A stretch of DNA of 64,000 bases from Candidatus Saccharimonadia bacterium (GCA_041743505.1 JBGTMQ010000003.1:25148-89147), one strand, 5' to 3'; numbered from the stretch's first letter, positions 49,485-60,107 are shown. Program-made: numbers and translations. Notes: generated from the letters alone by a model not told the origin.

Positions 49485-50591
49485 CTAGGACTCCGGCACA
49501 TCCCCTGGCTGCGGAGGAACACTAAATATATTCTGTACCCTCTCCTGGATTGCGTCAAAGGTTCCATCAGCCGGCAAGAGATCACCGCCACTACGAGATC
49601 CCTTGAGGTATCCACCCTTGGCCGTACTAAGCACCAAGTGGATCGGCTGATTCTTCTGAGCCGCTTGCCAATCCAATGCCAACTGAATCAGTTGTACGGC
49701 CCCCATATCAGTCTCAAGACCGTCGCGCAGAGCCGCCGTCACCGGAGTCAGCTTGGCTGGATCAACAATGGTCTGCCAGTTAGCCGCCTTATCACGCACC
49801 AACCCGATGATCTCTTGCTGGCGCTTAGCCCGGCCAAAATCATCACCACAGGTGCCTTTGCGACAACGCGCGTACTGCAATGCCTTAGCACCATCCATAT
49901 GCTGCCGGCCCGCCTCAATCACCAAACCGCAAGACTTACCCGGGTTATCATCACACGGGTATTCCCGGTCAACCAGCCGCTGCTGCACATCTACGTCCAC
50001 ACCACCCACCGCATCAACCAATTTTTTCAACCCGGTAAAGTTCGTCTCCACGTAGTAATGAAGCGGTATACCCAGCGTATCGCTAACCGTCTGCTCAGCC
50101 AGCTTGGGGCCGCCCAGTGCATTTGCCAGGTTAACCTTGTTGTAACCATAACCCGGCACTTTCACCCGTAGATCCCGTGGGAGGCTGATTTGCGCCACCT
50201 GTTTGGTCCGTGTATCCAAACTCACCACCATCATACTATCGGATAATTTCTCTCCCGAATGACCCGGGTCGCCGACCCCCAGCACCAGAATATTCGTCCG
50301 TCCAGTCGTATCAGTCGCCAAGCCGGTCAAGTCAAACGGTTGTGTTGAAATTCTCGCAACGTTATTAATAATAACCGCTGCATAACCCACCACCGCCACT
50401 GTCAACAACACGAAAACGACAGCCAAAAACCGCCTCCATTTACGACGACGTGGCGGCCGTGACCGGGGCAGCGGCACAGGCTGTTCAAGTGCTGGCTGGC
50501 CAAGCGAATTCACGTATTCATCGGGCGTCGGCATATACGGCCGCTGACCAGAGCGGCTTTCTGGTGGATTAGGCGATGATTCCATGGCCAA
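49485..50591 (-). CDS. LytR-CpsA-Psr (LCP) family cell-wall polymer ligase
   Basis: N-terminal TM, then NILVLGVGDPGHSGEKLSDSMMVVSLD...ISLPRDL, the LCP core. Confidence 0.85.
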   Translation of the reverse strand: MAMESSPNPPESRSGQRPYMPTPDEYVNSLGQPALEQPVPLPRSRPPRRRKWRRFLAVVFVLLTVAVVGYAAVIINNVARISTQPFDLTGLATDTTGRTNILVLGVGDPGHSGEKLSDSMMVVSLDTRTKQVAQISLPRDLRVKVPGYGYNKVNLANALGGPKLAEQTVSDTLGIPLHYYVETNFTGLKKLVDAVGGVDVDVQQRLVDREYPCDDNPGKSCGLVIEAGRQHMDGAKALQYARCRKGTCGDDFGRAKRQQEIIGLVRDKAANWQTIVDPAKLTPVTAALRDGLETDMGAVQLIQLALDWQAAQKNQPIHLVLSTAKGGYLKGSRSGGDLLPADGTFDAIQERVQNIFSVPPQPGDVPES

Positions 50592-50701
50592 ATTATACTC
50601 CTAATCCTTAATCTAAGCACAACACGACACTTGGCCATAGCCCATCAATGTGGTATAAAGGTACGGTTGCACCCAACCGTACCATGCCGTAGGGAGATGA
50701 T

Positions 50702-51334
50702 ATGTCTCGGAAGATAGTCAGGGCAACAGTTTTGTTGCTGGCGCTCCTCACAGCAATCCTCACCGGCTGTAGCAGCCACGATGTCAGCGGCACCTCGGCC
50801 ACCAAGTCATTTCCTGACACTCCGCCCGTTACACAACCCCCGGTTACACCGACACCAACGCTCAGCACACCGCCGGCAACCGAGCCACAAGCACCCCCGG
50901 CGACAACTGCTAAAGCCTCAACCACCGCTGAGTCTCCAAGCCCAACTTACTCAGAACCAGACCCCGCGGAAGACTACCAGGCAGTAGTCAACCGAAACGT
51001 CTGTTGGCTGCCCGGGCCCAATTACCTTACCTACGTCAAGCCATCTGACCACAGGTACTTATGGTTCTTCGTGCGCAACATCAGCCCAGCCACTCAAATC
51101 CAGACCCCGGCTTGGCCTCACTGGACCCAGTACCAGGATGGCGAGTACCGGATCGAAGGCCAATACAAGGATTCAAACGGCCAGGACATGTGGACCGAAT
51201 CCGACTTCTTTACAGCCCCGTTCTGGACTAATCAGAAGCCATCAAAACGACGAGACCAGACTGAGGCATACGATCAAATCAAGGAACGCTGGCATTATGG
51301 CATCGAGGCAATCAACCTCGCCTCCCAGTGCTAA
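50702..51334 (+). CDS. Lipoprotein, unknown function
   Basis: Lipobox LTGCSS, then a Pro/Thr-rich linker and a ~120-aa globular domain. Confidence 0.55.
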   Translation: MSRKIVRATVLLLALLTAILTGCSSHDVSGTSATKSFPDTPPVTQPPVTPTPTLSTPPATEPQAPPATTAKASTTAESPSPTYSEPDPAEDYQAVVNRNVCWLPGPNYLTYVKPSDHRYLWFFVRNISPATQIQTPAWPHWTQYQDGEYRIEGQYKDSNGQDMWTESDFFTAPFWTNQKPSKRRDQTEAYDQIKERWHYGIEAINLASQC

Positions 51335-51396
51335 GCAGGCAGGCCGGTAACGAACGCTGTTCGTTACCGGCCTTTTCTACCTTCCAACAAACGAAG

Positions 51397-52137
51397 TTAT
51401 GAATCCAGCAACGGGTGGCTCATGCTAATTCGAATAAACGGCTCAGCGTGAGTACAACCATGCCGCTGACCCATCTCGCGACCCAAATCATCCGTCCACG
51501 AACTAGCTGCAACCATATCAACCTGGCTGACATGAGCTGCAATCGCCCTCAACTTTGCTTCATATGTTGTAGAAATATCTACATAATAGTTGGCGTTATC
51601 AAACACCATCGTCAAAAGAAGCTCTCTAGTTTTATGCGGCTCCAAGCCCTCAGCCATCAGTTCCGGGAAGCTCAAATGATCCCGCGCCAATGGATAAACC
51701 GCATCCATAGTAGCCAGACCTACATTACGATGGTCACTATGGTTTATCATGTTGCGCGCTGCACTATAAAGAAACATCGGATCCAACGTTACCACCGTAT
51801 CAGGCTTAACTTGTCGAATCACCCGGACAATGTCCCGTTTCAGTACTGCGCTAGCCTCAGTCACACCGTCTTCGTAATCCAAAAACTGAACGCTTTTCAC
51901 GCCCAAGATATCTGCCGCATCCCGCTGCTCCTGACGGCGAATCTCAGTCAGCTCATAACTGGCTATTTTGCGGTCTTCCGAACCCTTGCCACCGTCAGTA
52001 CATATCAAATAATGAACCTCGGCCCCACCTTCTATCCACTTCGCCACACTACCCGAGACCATAAATTCCAAGTCATCCGGATGGGCTGCTACGCATAACA
52101 CAATATTGGGCTTAAATTCAGAGTTTTTGGGTTTCAT
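51397..52137 (-). CDS. PIG-L/LmbE-family N-acetylglucosaminyl deacetylase
   Basis: VLCVAAHPDDLEFMVSGSVAKWIEGGAEVHYLICTDGGKGS. Confidence 0.8.
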   Translation of the reverse strand: MKPKNSEFKPNIVLCVAAHPDDLEFMVSGSVAKWIEGGAEVHYLICTDGGKGSEDRKIASYELTEIRRQEQRDAADILGVKSVQFLDYEDGVTEASAVLKRDIVRVIRQVKPDTVVTLDPMFLYSAARNMINHSDHRNVGLATMDAVYPLARDHLSFPELMAEGLEPHKTRELLLTMVFDNANYYVDISTTYEAKLRAIAAHVSQVDMVAASSWTDDLGREMGQRHGCTHAEPFIRISMSHPLLDS

Positions 52138-52167
52138 GCGACCATAATAACACGTTCAGTCCTACAG

Positions 52168-52545
52168 CTATCTTTTCGCCATGCTCAGTCCCGCCTTAAC
52201 CACCCACATCATCAAACCCACCACCACAAGACCGCCCATCAGTACCCGGTTGCGATCGACAATCGGCACAAATTGCGGGCCATCCGGTGTACGCCTTATG
52301 TACCCAACCGGCGAGGTGACGATATTAAGCCCTAGGCCCATACCCCGGCCCCTGCCTCGCTGCTCAAGCTCACCGGCTACGCCAACCGCGTCAGTACCAC
52401 CACCGCCGCCGCCACGGATCATCACCCGCGACACCGGGATGATAATGTTCACACCCTCTCCTATTGGCTCACCAAATACCGCTCGCACATTTGCTGTTTT
52501 CTCAATCCGGTCTGCCAACTCTTTGATTAACTCGCTTGCATCCAT
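52168..52545 (-). CDS. GerW/YtfJ-family protein
   Basis: 125 aa, Gly-rich centre (GGGGGGTDAVGVAGEL). The family assignment is tentative. Confidence 0.5.
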   Translation of the reverse strand: MDASELIKELADRIEKTANVRAVFGEPIGEGVNIIIPVSRVMIRGGGGGGTDAVGVAGELEQRGRGRGMGLGLNIVTSPVGYIRRTPDGPQFVPIVDRNRVLMGGLVVVGLMMWVVKAGLSMAKR

Positions 52546-52652
52546 AACTAACCCTCCTTACCCTAAAAATATGCCTCAAACGAGCCACCCATAGATACGT
52601 CACAAACACTAAATAATGTCGGATTTTTTATTTTTATTGCATTAATTATTCA

Positions 52653-53312
52653 TTATTCGCTCTGTGCAGCCACCAGTTCCAGGTCAAAGACCAGCAACGA
52701 GTTTGGCGGTATTGGGTCTTTGCCTTGCTGACCATAACCACCCGCTGGCGGCACAATCAGCCGGCGGCGGCCACCCACCTTCATCCCTAACACACCCGCT
52801 TCAAAACCAGAAATTATCTTACGCTCGCTCGGAGCAAACACAAACGGCTGGCCCTTAGCATACGTATCATCAAACTTACGACCATCAGCCAGCCAGCCGG
52901 TATAGTTAATCACCAGCTTATCCGTAGCCTTGGCCTCAACGCCTTTTCCCGGCAAATAATCTATAAAGTGCACTTCTTTAGAATCTTGGTACTTGGCATA
53001 ATCCGCCAGTTCCTTGGCAGTTGGCACCGGACCTGGCCGCCCCGCGCTCACCACCCCATCAGAACCACTAACAGCCCCTGAACCGCCGGCAGATTGGCCG
53101 GCCAATGGCACGCCTTGGGTCCCACCGCCGGCCTCACCAACCCTCAACCCCGAAGCGTCGCTATCCTTGCCGCCCGAACCCTCTAGCGCCACCGTCCCAC
53201 CTTTAGAGTTAACCTGTTCCGGCGCGGGTCTTGTCATCCACCACGCGGCGCCACCACCGCCCAACAAGGCAGCGGCCGTTACACTCCCGGCTATCAGAAT
53301 CATCTTACGCAT
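52653..53312 (-). CDS. FKBP-type peptidyl-prolyl cis-trans isomerase, membrane-anchored
   Basis: The C-terminal FKBP domain ends GFEAGVLGMKVGGRRRLIVPPAGGYG...LVFDLELV. The start is placed at MRKMILIAG (53312) to avoid overlap with the upstream gene. Confidence 0.8.
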   Translation of the reverse strand: MRKMILIAGSVTAAALLGGGGAAWWMTRPAPEQVNSKGGTVALEGSGGKDSDASGLRVGEAGGGTQGVPLAGQSAGGSGAVSGSDGVVSAGRPGPVPTAKELADYAKYQDSKEVHFIDYLPGKGVEAKATDKLVINYTGWLADGRKFDDTYAKGQPFVFAPSERKIISGFEAGVLGMKVGGRRRLIVPPAGGYGQQGKDPIPPNSLLVFDLELVAAQSE

Positions 53313-53373
53313 ATATCTGATTGTAACCCACAAGCGAAAGGCCGGACCAAAATTCGGTCCGGCCAAGTACTTG

Positions 53374-53901
53374 TTACCACAGCTCAGGGTGAGTGAAGCG
53401 CGCCAAGGCAATCAGGGTCGCCATCGCATAGGCTTCTGCTCGCGGCATATGACCATTAGTCTGATAGCCGAAAAACCCACCGCCGGTGCCAATCTTTGCG
53501 ATGCCGGTCTCAACTTCCATTGCCTCGTTGAGATTTCTACCTAGCTGAACATGCGTCATCAGCCTGGGCGGCATTTGAAAGCCATTCGTCGTACCGATGC
53601 ACTCCCTGCCCCCGCGGTCTACAACCACAACCCAGCCACATTCAAGCTCCCGGTCGAGAACCTGGTACAGCCCGCCTTCCATACCAACCCCGTAGTCAGA
53701 CTCCGGTACGGCAAGTATCACCGCGCGAGCCCGGTTGAGAGCTCCTTCAAGGCTCTCTTCAGCCGTCCTAGGCTGCTCAGAGACTCCGGAGTCAACCTTG
53801 ATACCCTGAACCTCAACTGACAAATCAGGCCACGCCATAGTAAAGCCAAGGCGCGCGGCTTCCAGCTTTGGACCGGTTTTGCTGCCAACAGCCACTAGCA
53901 T
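53374..53901 (-). CDS. Inosine/xanthosine triphosphatase (DUF84, YjjX-like)
   Basis: 175 aa. VAVGSKTGPKLEAAR...KVDSGVSEQP...TNGFQMPP match the non-canonical purine NTP phosphatase family. Confidence 0.7.
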   Translation of the reverse strand: MLVAVGSKTGPKLEAARLGFTMAWPDLSVEVQGIKVDSGVSEQPRTAEESLEGALNRARAVILAVPESDYGVGMEGGLYQVLDRELECGWVVVVDRGGRECIGTTNGFQMPPRLMTHVQLGRNLNEAMEVETGIAKIGTGGGFFGYQTNGHMPRAEAYAMATLIALARFTHPELW

Positions 53902-54027
53902 ACAAATCCTTCCTTCTGCTACAGATAAACCTCTGTCGCCAACAGTATATCATCACGCTTTCGCCACAACAGTCGCCACTACAATCAGCCCAACAATCAG
54001 TCCGTTTATTGATTTATGTAACGCCAT

Positions 54028-56166
54028 ATGTCAAGCTATCTCCGTCTCGGGAACTCCCGCGATCCTTTACATCTATGCAGAGGAGATAACATGGCTTCCG
54101 CCGCTAGCGTGGCGCTGTCTTGTGGTATCGTCCCGCTAATCGACCGGGTAATGGCCGTACTTGAGATCACTCCTGAGGTCAATCGCGCCAGGTTCCGCCA
54201 TAACGTGCTAGTCCTCGACTGCTCCGGCAGTATGTGGAGCTCCATCGAGTCAGTCAAAACGGATGCCTGCCAATTCATCAATGAGCTGGATGAAAACAAC
54301 TACGTCTCAGTAGTCATCTTCTCAGGACATGACCGGGCCAAGCTCCTGACAGGGCCGGTACTTTGCCGGGCTAACGGCCGGCAAGTCCTCGTCCAGGCCA
54401 TCCGCCAAGGTGTCCACATCATGGACACCACCGTGTTCTCGGAACCGCTGGAGCTCGTCCTCGAGCACCTGAACCGGCTCAGCGATGATCACATTGCCTC
54501 ACAAGCCGTCCTCTTCACCGATGGCCGCGCTGTTCCAACCCGCTGGGGCCTCGAAACCGAGGAGACCAAGGCCCTCGTCGCCGCTAAGGCACTATATGAG
54601 CACGGCGCCGCCGTCTCAGTTATGGCCTACGGCGCCCACTACGACGAGGACTTCGTCCGGCGCCTCGTCATGGCTGGTGGCTCCACCGGCATCTTCCGCC
54701 ACATGTCCAGGGCCGAAGACTTCGCCGAAGTTGTCCGCGACATTCAAGGCACCTTCGCCAAGATCGAGTTGAGCAACATCAAGCTCACCATTACTCCCGG
54801 CCAAGGCGAAGTCACCGCTATTTACCGCGCCCTGCCCGAAGTCCTCAAGCTCAGCACCGGAAAGAGCTTCTCAGCCCGCGGCCTCTACGACCAGAAACTG
54901 GTTTGCTACATCGATCTAACCGCCGCCACCGACAAGATTTATGTCACGGGAAGCATCGACGGACAAACCATCAAGCAGATCTGCGAGCCCAATCCGCTCA
55001 CCTCGCAGCAGCAACTGGACTGCCTCCGCCTCATCGCCTCCCACCTGGCCGCCAGCGGTCAGACCACCGAAGCCGCCGAGCTGTTCATTCAGCTAGACGA
55101 GCCCGGCCTGGCCGAAATGCTTACCCAGGCCTACACCCGCCAGGAGCAACGCCGCAACCATGACTGGGCCCGCCGGGCTTTCCGTACCGTCAGGTTCATC
55201 GGCGCCGGTCTCAAGCCCAGTGGGCCGAATCGCTGCGTCATGAACGTCCTGGCGACCCTCGCCAACGACCCGTCAGTAGTGATGAGTTTGCCAGCCGGCG
55301 CGTACAAGCGTGGAGGTATACGACGAGAAGACCCCCGCATCGTCGCCTCGCCCATGGGCAGCACCCTCAAAGTTGTCAGCTACACCGGCAACGAACAGCG
55401 CTTTAACTTCTCCGTTACCACTCAGAAAGATGTAAAGGTACTACCCGCAGGCGACGATGGCAACATCATCGAGGGCGCTCCAGTGCCAGCGGTAGTCTAC
55501 CGCACCTACAACCTCATCCGCGACGGAGAGTTGGTCATGGATGAAATTGTCGCAAGTATGTCCGAACCCAGCTTCACCGTACTCCAAGCCGCCGGCGCCA
55601 TTGACGCTCATGAAGTCTATAAGCCAGGGCGAAGCTACACACTGCGCCTGGCCGACATGCCAATGGTGTCGTCAAACTGGGCCCGTCCCGGCAGCCTGGG
55701 CCTCATCGAGGTGCTGCAACAAATCGCCGAGATCAAGGTCAAGCAAACGGCCCTCAACAGCCACACAGGTTTACTCGGCAAGCCCAACATCCCGGAATTC
55801 GACGGTAATGTTTACAACGAACGCGCCGAAACGGTCGCGGGCGCTGAACTGGAATACTACACTGCCAGCCACATGGAGCTGCGTCTGATGGGCTACAAGG
55901 CCCGTAAGTACACCGATGAGGTTAGTCAGTTCAACTTGGATGATGCCACTGCCGCCGTCAAACACATACGCCGGGAGCTGCGCCGGCTCCGCTTCCGCGC
56001 TCGCTGCATTGCCTTCGCCTGCGAAGCCACCGGCTGGAACACCGTCAACTGGGGCGAACCCGTTCAAACGCAACGTGGCACATTCCCCAAGCAGGAATAC
56101 ACCGCCAGTCTCGGCGGCCAACGCGTCAAGCGTGTTGTGTGGGAAGCCGACGTCCCCTTCTCATAA
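54028..56166 (+). CDS. Large von Willebrand factor A (VWA) domain protein
   Basis: MIDAS DxSxS at VLVLDCSGSMWS. The likely start is M22 (54091), where GAGGAG is spaced correctly. A ~500-aa C-terminal region of unknown function follows. Confidence 0.7.
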   Translation: MSSYLRLGNSRDPLHLCRGDNMASAASVALSCGIVPLIDRVMAVLEITPEVNRARFRHNVLVLDCSGSMWSSIESVKTDACQFINELDENNYVSVVIFSGHDRAKLLTGPVLCRANGRQVLVQAIRQGVHIMDTTVFSEPLELVLEHLNRLSDDHIASQAVLFTDGRAVPTRWGLETEETKALVAAKALYEHGAAVSVMAYGAHYDEDFVRRLVMAGGSTGIFRHMSRAEDFAEVVRDIQGTFAKIELSNIKLTITPGQGEVTAIYRALPEVLKLSTGKSFSARGLYDQKLVCYIDLTAATDKIYVTGSIDGQTIKQICEPNPLTSQQQLDCLRLIASHLAASGQTTEAAELFIQLDEPGLAEMLTQAYTRQEQRRNHDWARRAFRTVRFIGAGLKPSGPNRCVMNVLATLANDPSVVMSLPAGAYKRGGIRREDPRIVASPMGSTLKVVSYTGNEQRFNFSVTTQKDVKVLPAGDDGNIIEGAPVPAVVYRTYNLIRDGELVMDEIVASMSEPSFTVLQAAGAIDAHEVYKPGRSYTLRLADMPMVSSNWARPGSLGLIEVLQQIAEIKVKQTALNSHTGLLGKPNIPEFDGNVYNERAETVAGAELEYYTASHMELRLMGYKARKYTDEVSQFNLDDATAAVKHIRRELRRLRFRARCIAFACEATGWNTVNWGEPVQTQRGTFPKQEYTASLGGQRVKRVVWEADVPFS

Positions 56167-56281
56167 CACGCTCACCGCATAGCAATAACGACTCTAGATT
56201 CTCGAGCTCAGCTCGTTAATCTGGAGTCGTTTTTCATCCACTTTCGTTGTAATTACAACAACAAAAATGAATTAATCCCCT

Positions 56282-56665
56282 TTAGTCGGTCCAAACCACC
56301 CGGTACGGCAATCCTTGGGCAGCCACTGCCTGAATAACTTCCTCGTAGGTGTAGTTAAACGTTCCCTTATTCTCGAAGCCCGGCAAGCCGTTAGCTTCAA
56401 GAAGCTCGTTGAGCTGCTCCCAGTACGACATGTAACCCACCCGGCGCCACAACACCCTGCCTTCAGCTTCAGCCGCTTCAATCGCCGCCCGGACAGTCCG
56501 GTACACGTTATCATCAACACCCGCAGCCAACATGAATTCCCTAGTGCAACCGAAGTAAAACAACGCCCCTTCAAGCTCGTTCGCCATAACCTTGCCGCTC
56601 CGCATCGCCCGAAGCAGCCCGCTATAGGAAATGAACAGCGTGGTAGTCTTAACGCTCGTTCTCAC
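56282..56665 (-). CDS. Hypothetical protein
   Basis: 127 aa ORF. Alternative starts are at M21 and M27. Confidence 0.4.
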   Translation of the reverse strand: MRTSVKTTTLFISYSGLLRAMRSGKVMANELEGALFYFGCTREFMLAAGVDDNVYRTVRAAIEAAEAEGRVLWRRVGYMSYWEQLNELLEANGLPGFENKGTFNYTYEEVIQAVAAQGLPYRVVWTD

Positions 56666-56812
56666 AAGAACCTTCCAATCAAGAGCACCAAATACCAGGA
56701 CGCTGATTACATTAACATAATTTATTTATAGTCGTATCTATTGACTTTATATATATAATATGTTAATATGTAGAAGCATTGACATCGGCATCCGTCCTAC
56801 CCAGGAGGCGCA

Positions 56813-57136
56813 ATGAGCCCGGCCGCAACCTTCTTCCGGAAAGATGATGTTATCATCTGGAATCCTGATCACATCGGTAAAACCCCGTGGCTGCAGCAAG
56901 AGCTGGGTAACGGACCGTTCACGGTCATCGAACCCATCGATGTACCCAACGAATGCCAATTTCCGGACACCCATTGCTCCAACGGCGAACACCCACCACA
57001 CTGCCCCGTCAAGTCAAGCCAGTCGGTTGGCCACCCTCAATGGGTAACTATCCGGCAGCCTAATGGACATGTATCACAAGGCACAATCCACCACGACAAT
57101 GCACAATACTCAGGATGGTGGTTCATCCACGCCTGA
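56813..57136 (+). CDS. Hypothetical Cys/His-rich small protein
   Basis: SD GGAGG is 6 nt upstream. The product contains PNECQFPDTHCSNGEHPPHCP. Confidence 0.45.
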   Translation: MSPAATFFRKDDVIIWNPDHIGKTPWLQQELGNGPFTVIEPIDVPNECQFPDTHCSNGEHPPHCPVKSSQSVGHPQWVTIRQPNGHVSQGTIHHDNAQYSGWWFIHA

Positions 57137-57151
57137 TCCGCCCCGCACCGT

Positions 57152-57853
57152 TCAAGCGAACACCCGTTGGCTGAATTGGCCAGCGGGGCGTTCGCTTTTC
57201 TGCCCAAAATACTGCGCTTCCCAAAGCAAAGCGCCCCCACGATGAGGGCAGCAATGCCCGCCCGTGAGGGCGAAAAACGAACAACGTCGGCCAAACCAGC
57301 CTTCAATCAGGCGGCCGATGGACCCTAGCAAACCCGTTGTGAGGATATAGATCCGGTATACACCCGACCCCACACCGTAATAAGCTGTCTCAAGCTCGAC
57401 CTTCAGACAGCTTTGGCCGTACAAAGATCCCAGGACATACGAGAATCCGTCCTCAGCCAGCTGCCTGGCGCAAGAAGCGAGATCCGAAGCAACAACCACC
57501 ACGTAGCCCCCGCCTCCAGGCAAGCCGAGGCCATTTGATGTCACCAGTGCTAGACTCGGCAAAAGATTGCCGTACCACCAGCCCAGCTTAGAATCCACGG
57601 CCTGAAAGCCAGCCATAGCAGTACCACCCTCGGGCAAACAGAACTGATACGGATTCACCAGCCGGCCGGCAAACTCATCCCGAAGGGCCAGATACTGCTC
57701 GCTGGTGACACAAAAGCCGAAATGGTCAAGACGGGTGTTAGGAAGCACAGGTACACCCCGCGTCCGTACCGTCCATTCCACTGCATGCAGACAGTCGTTA
57801 ATGACACCCTGAGGCGTAACAATAGCAGTCAGTTTACGCATCTCGCACCTCAA
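57152..57853 (-). CDS. Hypothetical protein
   Basis: 233 aa ORF, no recognisable motif. It is adjacent to the IS element. Confidence 0.4.
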   Translation of the reverse strand: MRCEMRKLTAIVTPQGVINDCLHAVEWTVRTRGVPVLPNTRLDHFGFCVTSEQYLALRDEFAGRLVNPYQFCLPEGGTAMAGFQAVDSKLGWWYGNLLPSLALVTSNGLGLPGGGGYVVVVASDLASCARQLAEDGFSYVLGSLYGQSCLKVELETAYYGVGSGVYRIYILTTGLLGSIGRLIEGWFGRRCSFFALTGGHCCPHRGGALLWEAQYFGQKSERPAGQFSQRVFA

Positions 57854-57927
57854 TCGTGAGAAGGAACTAGGAATATATAATTATAGCATAAAAATTTAAT
57901 ATTTGCAATATCACGTAATACCTCACC

Positions 57928-58873
57928 ACCTTTGCAACAAAAAGTAGCAGGCCTCTAAGCTAGAAGTTGGAAGCAACTAATCTAGGAGACCTGCTATGTC
58001 ATACACTAGCAACCCCTTTGCCCCACGGGCAAGACGTGAAGCCATTAATCTCGTGCGCCAGCGCGGCTGGACTAAGGCTCAGGCCGCCCGGTACACCGGG
58101 GTTCACCGTTCAACTATTGGCCGCTGGTTAGCCCGGGCACCCCGTCATGCTGCCTCAGTCATTCCAACTAAGTCATCCCGGCCACATCATCCTGCCGGTA
58201 CGCTTGACCCGGCCATTGTCCGTCGCATTATCGAACTCAGATACCAGTACCGGCGCTGTGCGCCGGTACTGGTGGCCTATCTCATAAGAGAAGGTATCCG
58301 AGTGAGCCGGTCGAGTGTTGAGCGGACTCTCAAGCGGCATGACCTGACCCGTAAACAGGGTGGACACGGCCGCTACCGCAAAAGCCTGCCCCGGCCTCGT
58401 GCAGAGGCTCCGGGTGACCTTGTTCAAGCTGACACGATTCATTTTGTGGACAATAACGGCAAACGCTTCTATATCTACACTCTCATTGACCTTTACTCCC
58501 GCTGGGCCTATGCCGAATACCATGCCAAACTCAGCCACCAAACCAGCGTAGGCTTTGTTTTACGAGCCCAAGAGAAAGCCGGATTTGCCTTCCAGATGCT
58601 CCAAACCGACAACGGTCCGGAATGGAGCCGGTGGTTTTCGGACCAGATGCATTACCGGGGCATTCCCGTACGGCATTCACGGGTGCGGCAATGCAATGAC
58701 AATGCTCATATCGAGCGGTTCAATCGCACCTTACAGGAAGAAGGCGTGGGCCGGTGGCCCACGCCACAGTTGCTCCCGGCATTGATTAAAGAGTACCTAG
58801 ATTATTACAACGAGGAGCGGCTACACTTAGGATTGAATCTAGTTTGTCCAAGGCAAGCTATTGTTGCAAAGGT
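57928..58873 (+). mobile_element. IS481-family insertion sequence
   Basis: Perfect 13-bp terminal inverted repeats, acctttgcaacaa (57928-57940) and ttgttgcaaaggt (58861-58873). Imperfect extension outward to ~57912 and ~58892. A single transposase ORF. Confidence 0.75.
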
Positions 58874-58883
58874 CCTGACGTAA
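57996..58883 (+). CDS. IS481-family DDE transposase
   Basis: N-terminal HTH and rve core (DTIHFVDNNGKRFYIYTLIDLYSRWAYA...LQTDNGPEW...E). SD AGGAGAC. Confidence 0.85.
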   Translation: MSYTSNPFAPRARREAINLVRQRGWTKAQAARYTGVHRSTIGRWLARAPRHAASVIPTKSSRPHHPAGTLDPAIVRRIIELRYQYRRCAPVLVAYLIREGIRVSRSSVERTLKRHDLTRKQGGHGRYRKSLPRPRAEAPGDLVQADTIHFVDNNGKRFYIYTLIDLYSRWAYAEYHAKLSHQTSVGFVLRAQEKAGFAFQMLQTDNGPEWSRWFSDQMHYRGIPVRHSRVRQCNDNAHIERFNRTLQEEGVGRWPTPQLLPALIKEYLDYYNEERLHLGLNLVCPRQAIVAKVLT

Positions 58884-58917
58884 ATACGTATCAGACTGCC
58901 AGTGATAGGATATCAGC

Positions 58918-59694
58918 ATGCCAAGCTACCAAATATTCGCCAAGTTCTACGATGCCTCCATGGGCGATTCATCAGCCAAGATAGAACACATTCAAGGATG
59001 GATTAAACAATACCACCCATATGCAAAATCCCTGCTCGAGCTGGCCTGCGGCACCGGCACAATTCTTAAGGGTCTTGGCAACGAGTACACTCTTACCGGC
59101 CTCGATCTCTCACGCGAAATGCTCGACATTGCCAAAGCCAAAGTACCAAGCGCCCAGCTACATCATGGCGACATGGCAAACTTTGAGCTTGACCGCAAGT
59201 TTGATGTCATTATTTGCGTATTCGATTCCATAAACCATCTGAAAACACTCCCGGAGTGGCAAAGCATGTTCCAGCACGTCGCCGGCCATCTCAACCCAAA
59301 CGGCGTTTTCATCTTTGACTTCAATACTATCGGCCGGTTCAAGCGGCTTGTAGCAAGCACTCCCGGAATCCTAAATATGGGAGATGATTACCTTATTATG
59401 CACATCACCGAAGCCGCCACATATACCACAAACTGGAATATCAAAGTTTTCGAAAACACCGGCAAAGATAATTTTCGTCTCCATCATGAGGATATTGTTG
59501 AAATCTCTTTTCCGCTTGCACAAGTCAAACAAGACTTAACCAAACACTTTGAGATCCTCAACATCATAGACCAGCACGGCGGCCACGCCTCCGATGAATC
59601 AGATAGGCTGCATATTATCTGTAAAAGAAAGCGCTCTCACGAGCAGAACCAAAGCGGCCCGCTCGCAAGAGCAATAAAAAAAACACAGCCCTAA
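58918..59694 (+). CDS. Class I SAM-dependent methyltransferase
   Basis: Motif I LELACGTGTILKGL and motif II DVIICVFDSINHL. Confidence 0.75.
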   Translation: MPSYQIFAKFYDASMGDSSAKIEHIQGWIKQYHPYAKSLLELACGTGTILKGLGNEYTLTGLDLSREMLDIAKAKVPSAQLHHGDMANFELDRKFDVIICVFDSINHLKTLPEWQSMFQHVAGHLNPNGVFIFDFNTIGRFKRLVASTPGILNMGDDYLIMHITEAATYTTNWNIKVFENTGKDNFRLHHEDIVEISFPLAQVKQDLTKHFEILNIIDQHGGHASDESDRLHIICKRKRSHEQNQSGPLARAIKKTQP

Positions 59695-60107
59695 TCGCTG
59701 GAACTAGCTCTGCAACAATCGCGGCTCTGTCCGGCCCTTGTCGTTAGCCGGACAAAGCGGGTCATGAACAGCTGGGTCGTACACAGCCTGACCACATGGC
59801 AAATGATGCAACGGGATCTCGCTCCCCTGTACCCCTGGATTCCAGTACCCTGCCTCATGCAACAAATCGATCCCTCTGCTATACGCCAACCGGCCCGCGG
59901 CCTCGCGGGGCGACTCCATTTCGCCAGCATAGTGCCCCATAATGTACTCCTGACCTGTCGTATAGGTTATGGGATAATTATTGTAAATAATGCATCACCC
60001 GATTACAAATCGCGCTGTAAAAAATAGAACACCCCGCCGGCTACAGATGAATTGCGAGTAACCGCAACACATTCTGTAACCGGTAGGGCGATGAAAGCCG
60101 GCACTAC

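Noticed and set aside
59704-59940. 78-aa minus-strand ORF downstream of the methyltransferase
   Set aside because: A stable hairpin (tgtccggc...gccggaca, ~59737-59766) sits inside it. There is no SD or motif and the composition is poor. It is probably non-coding.
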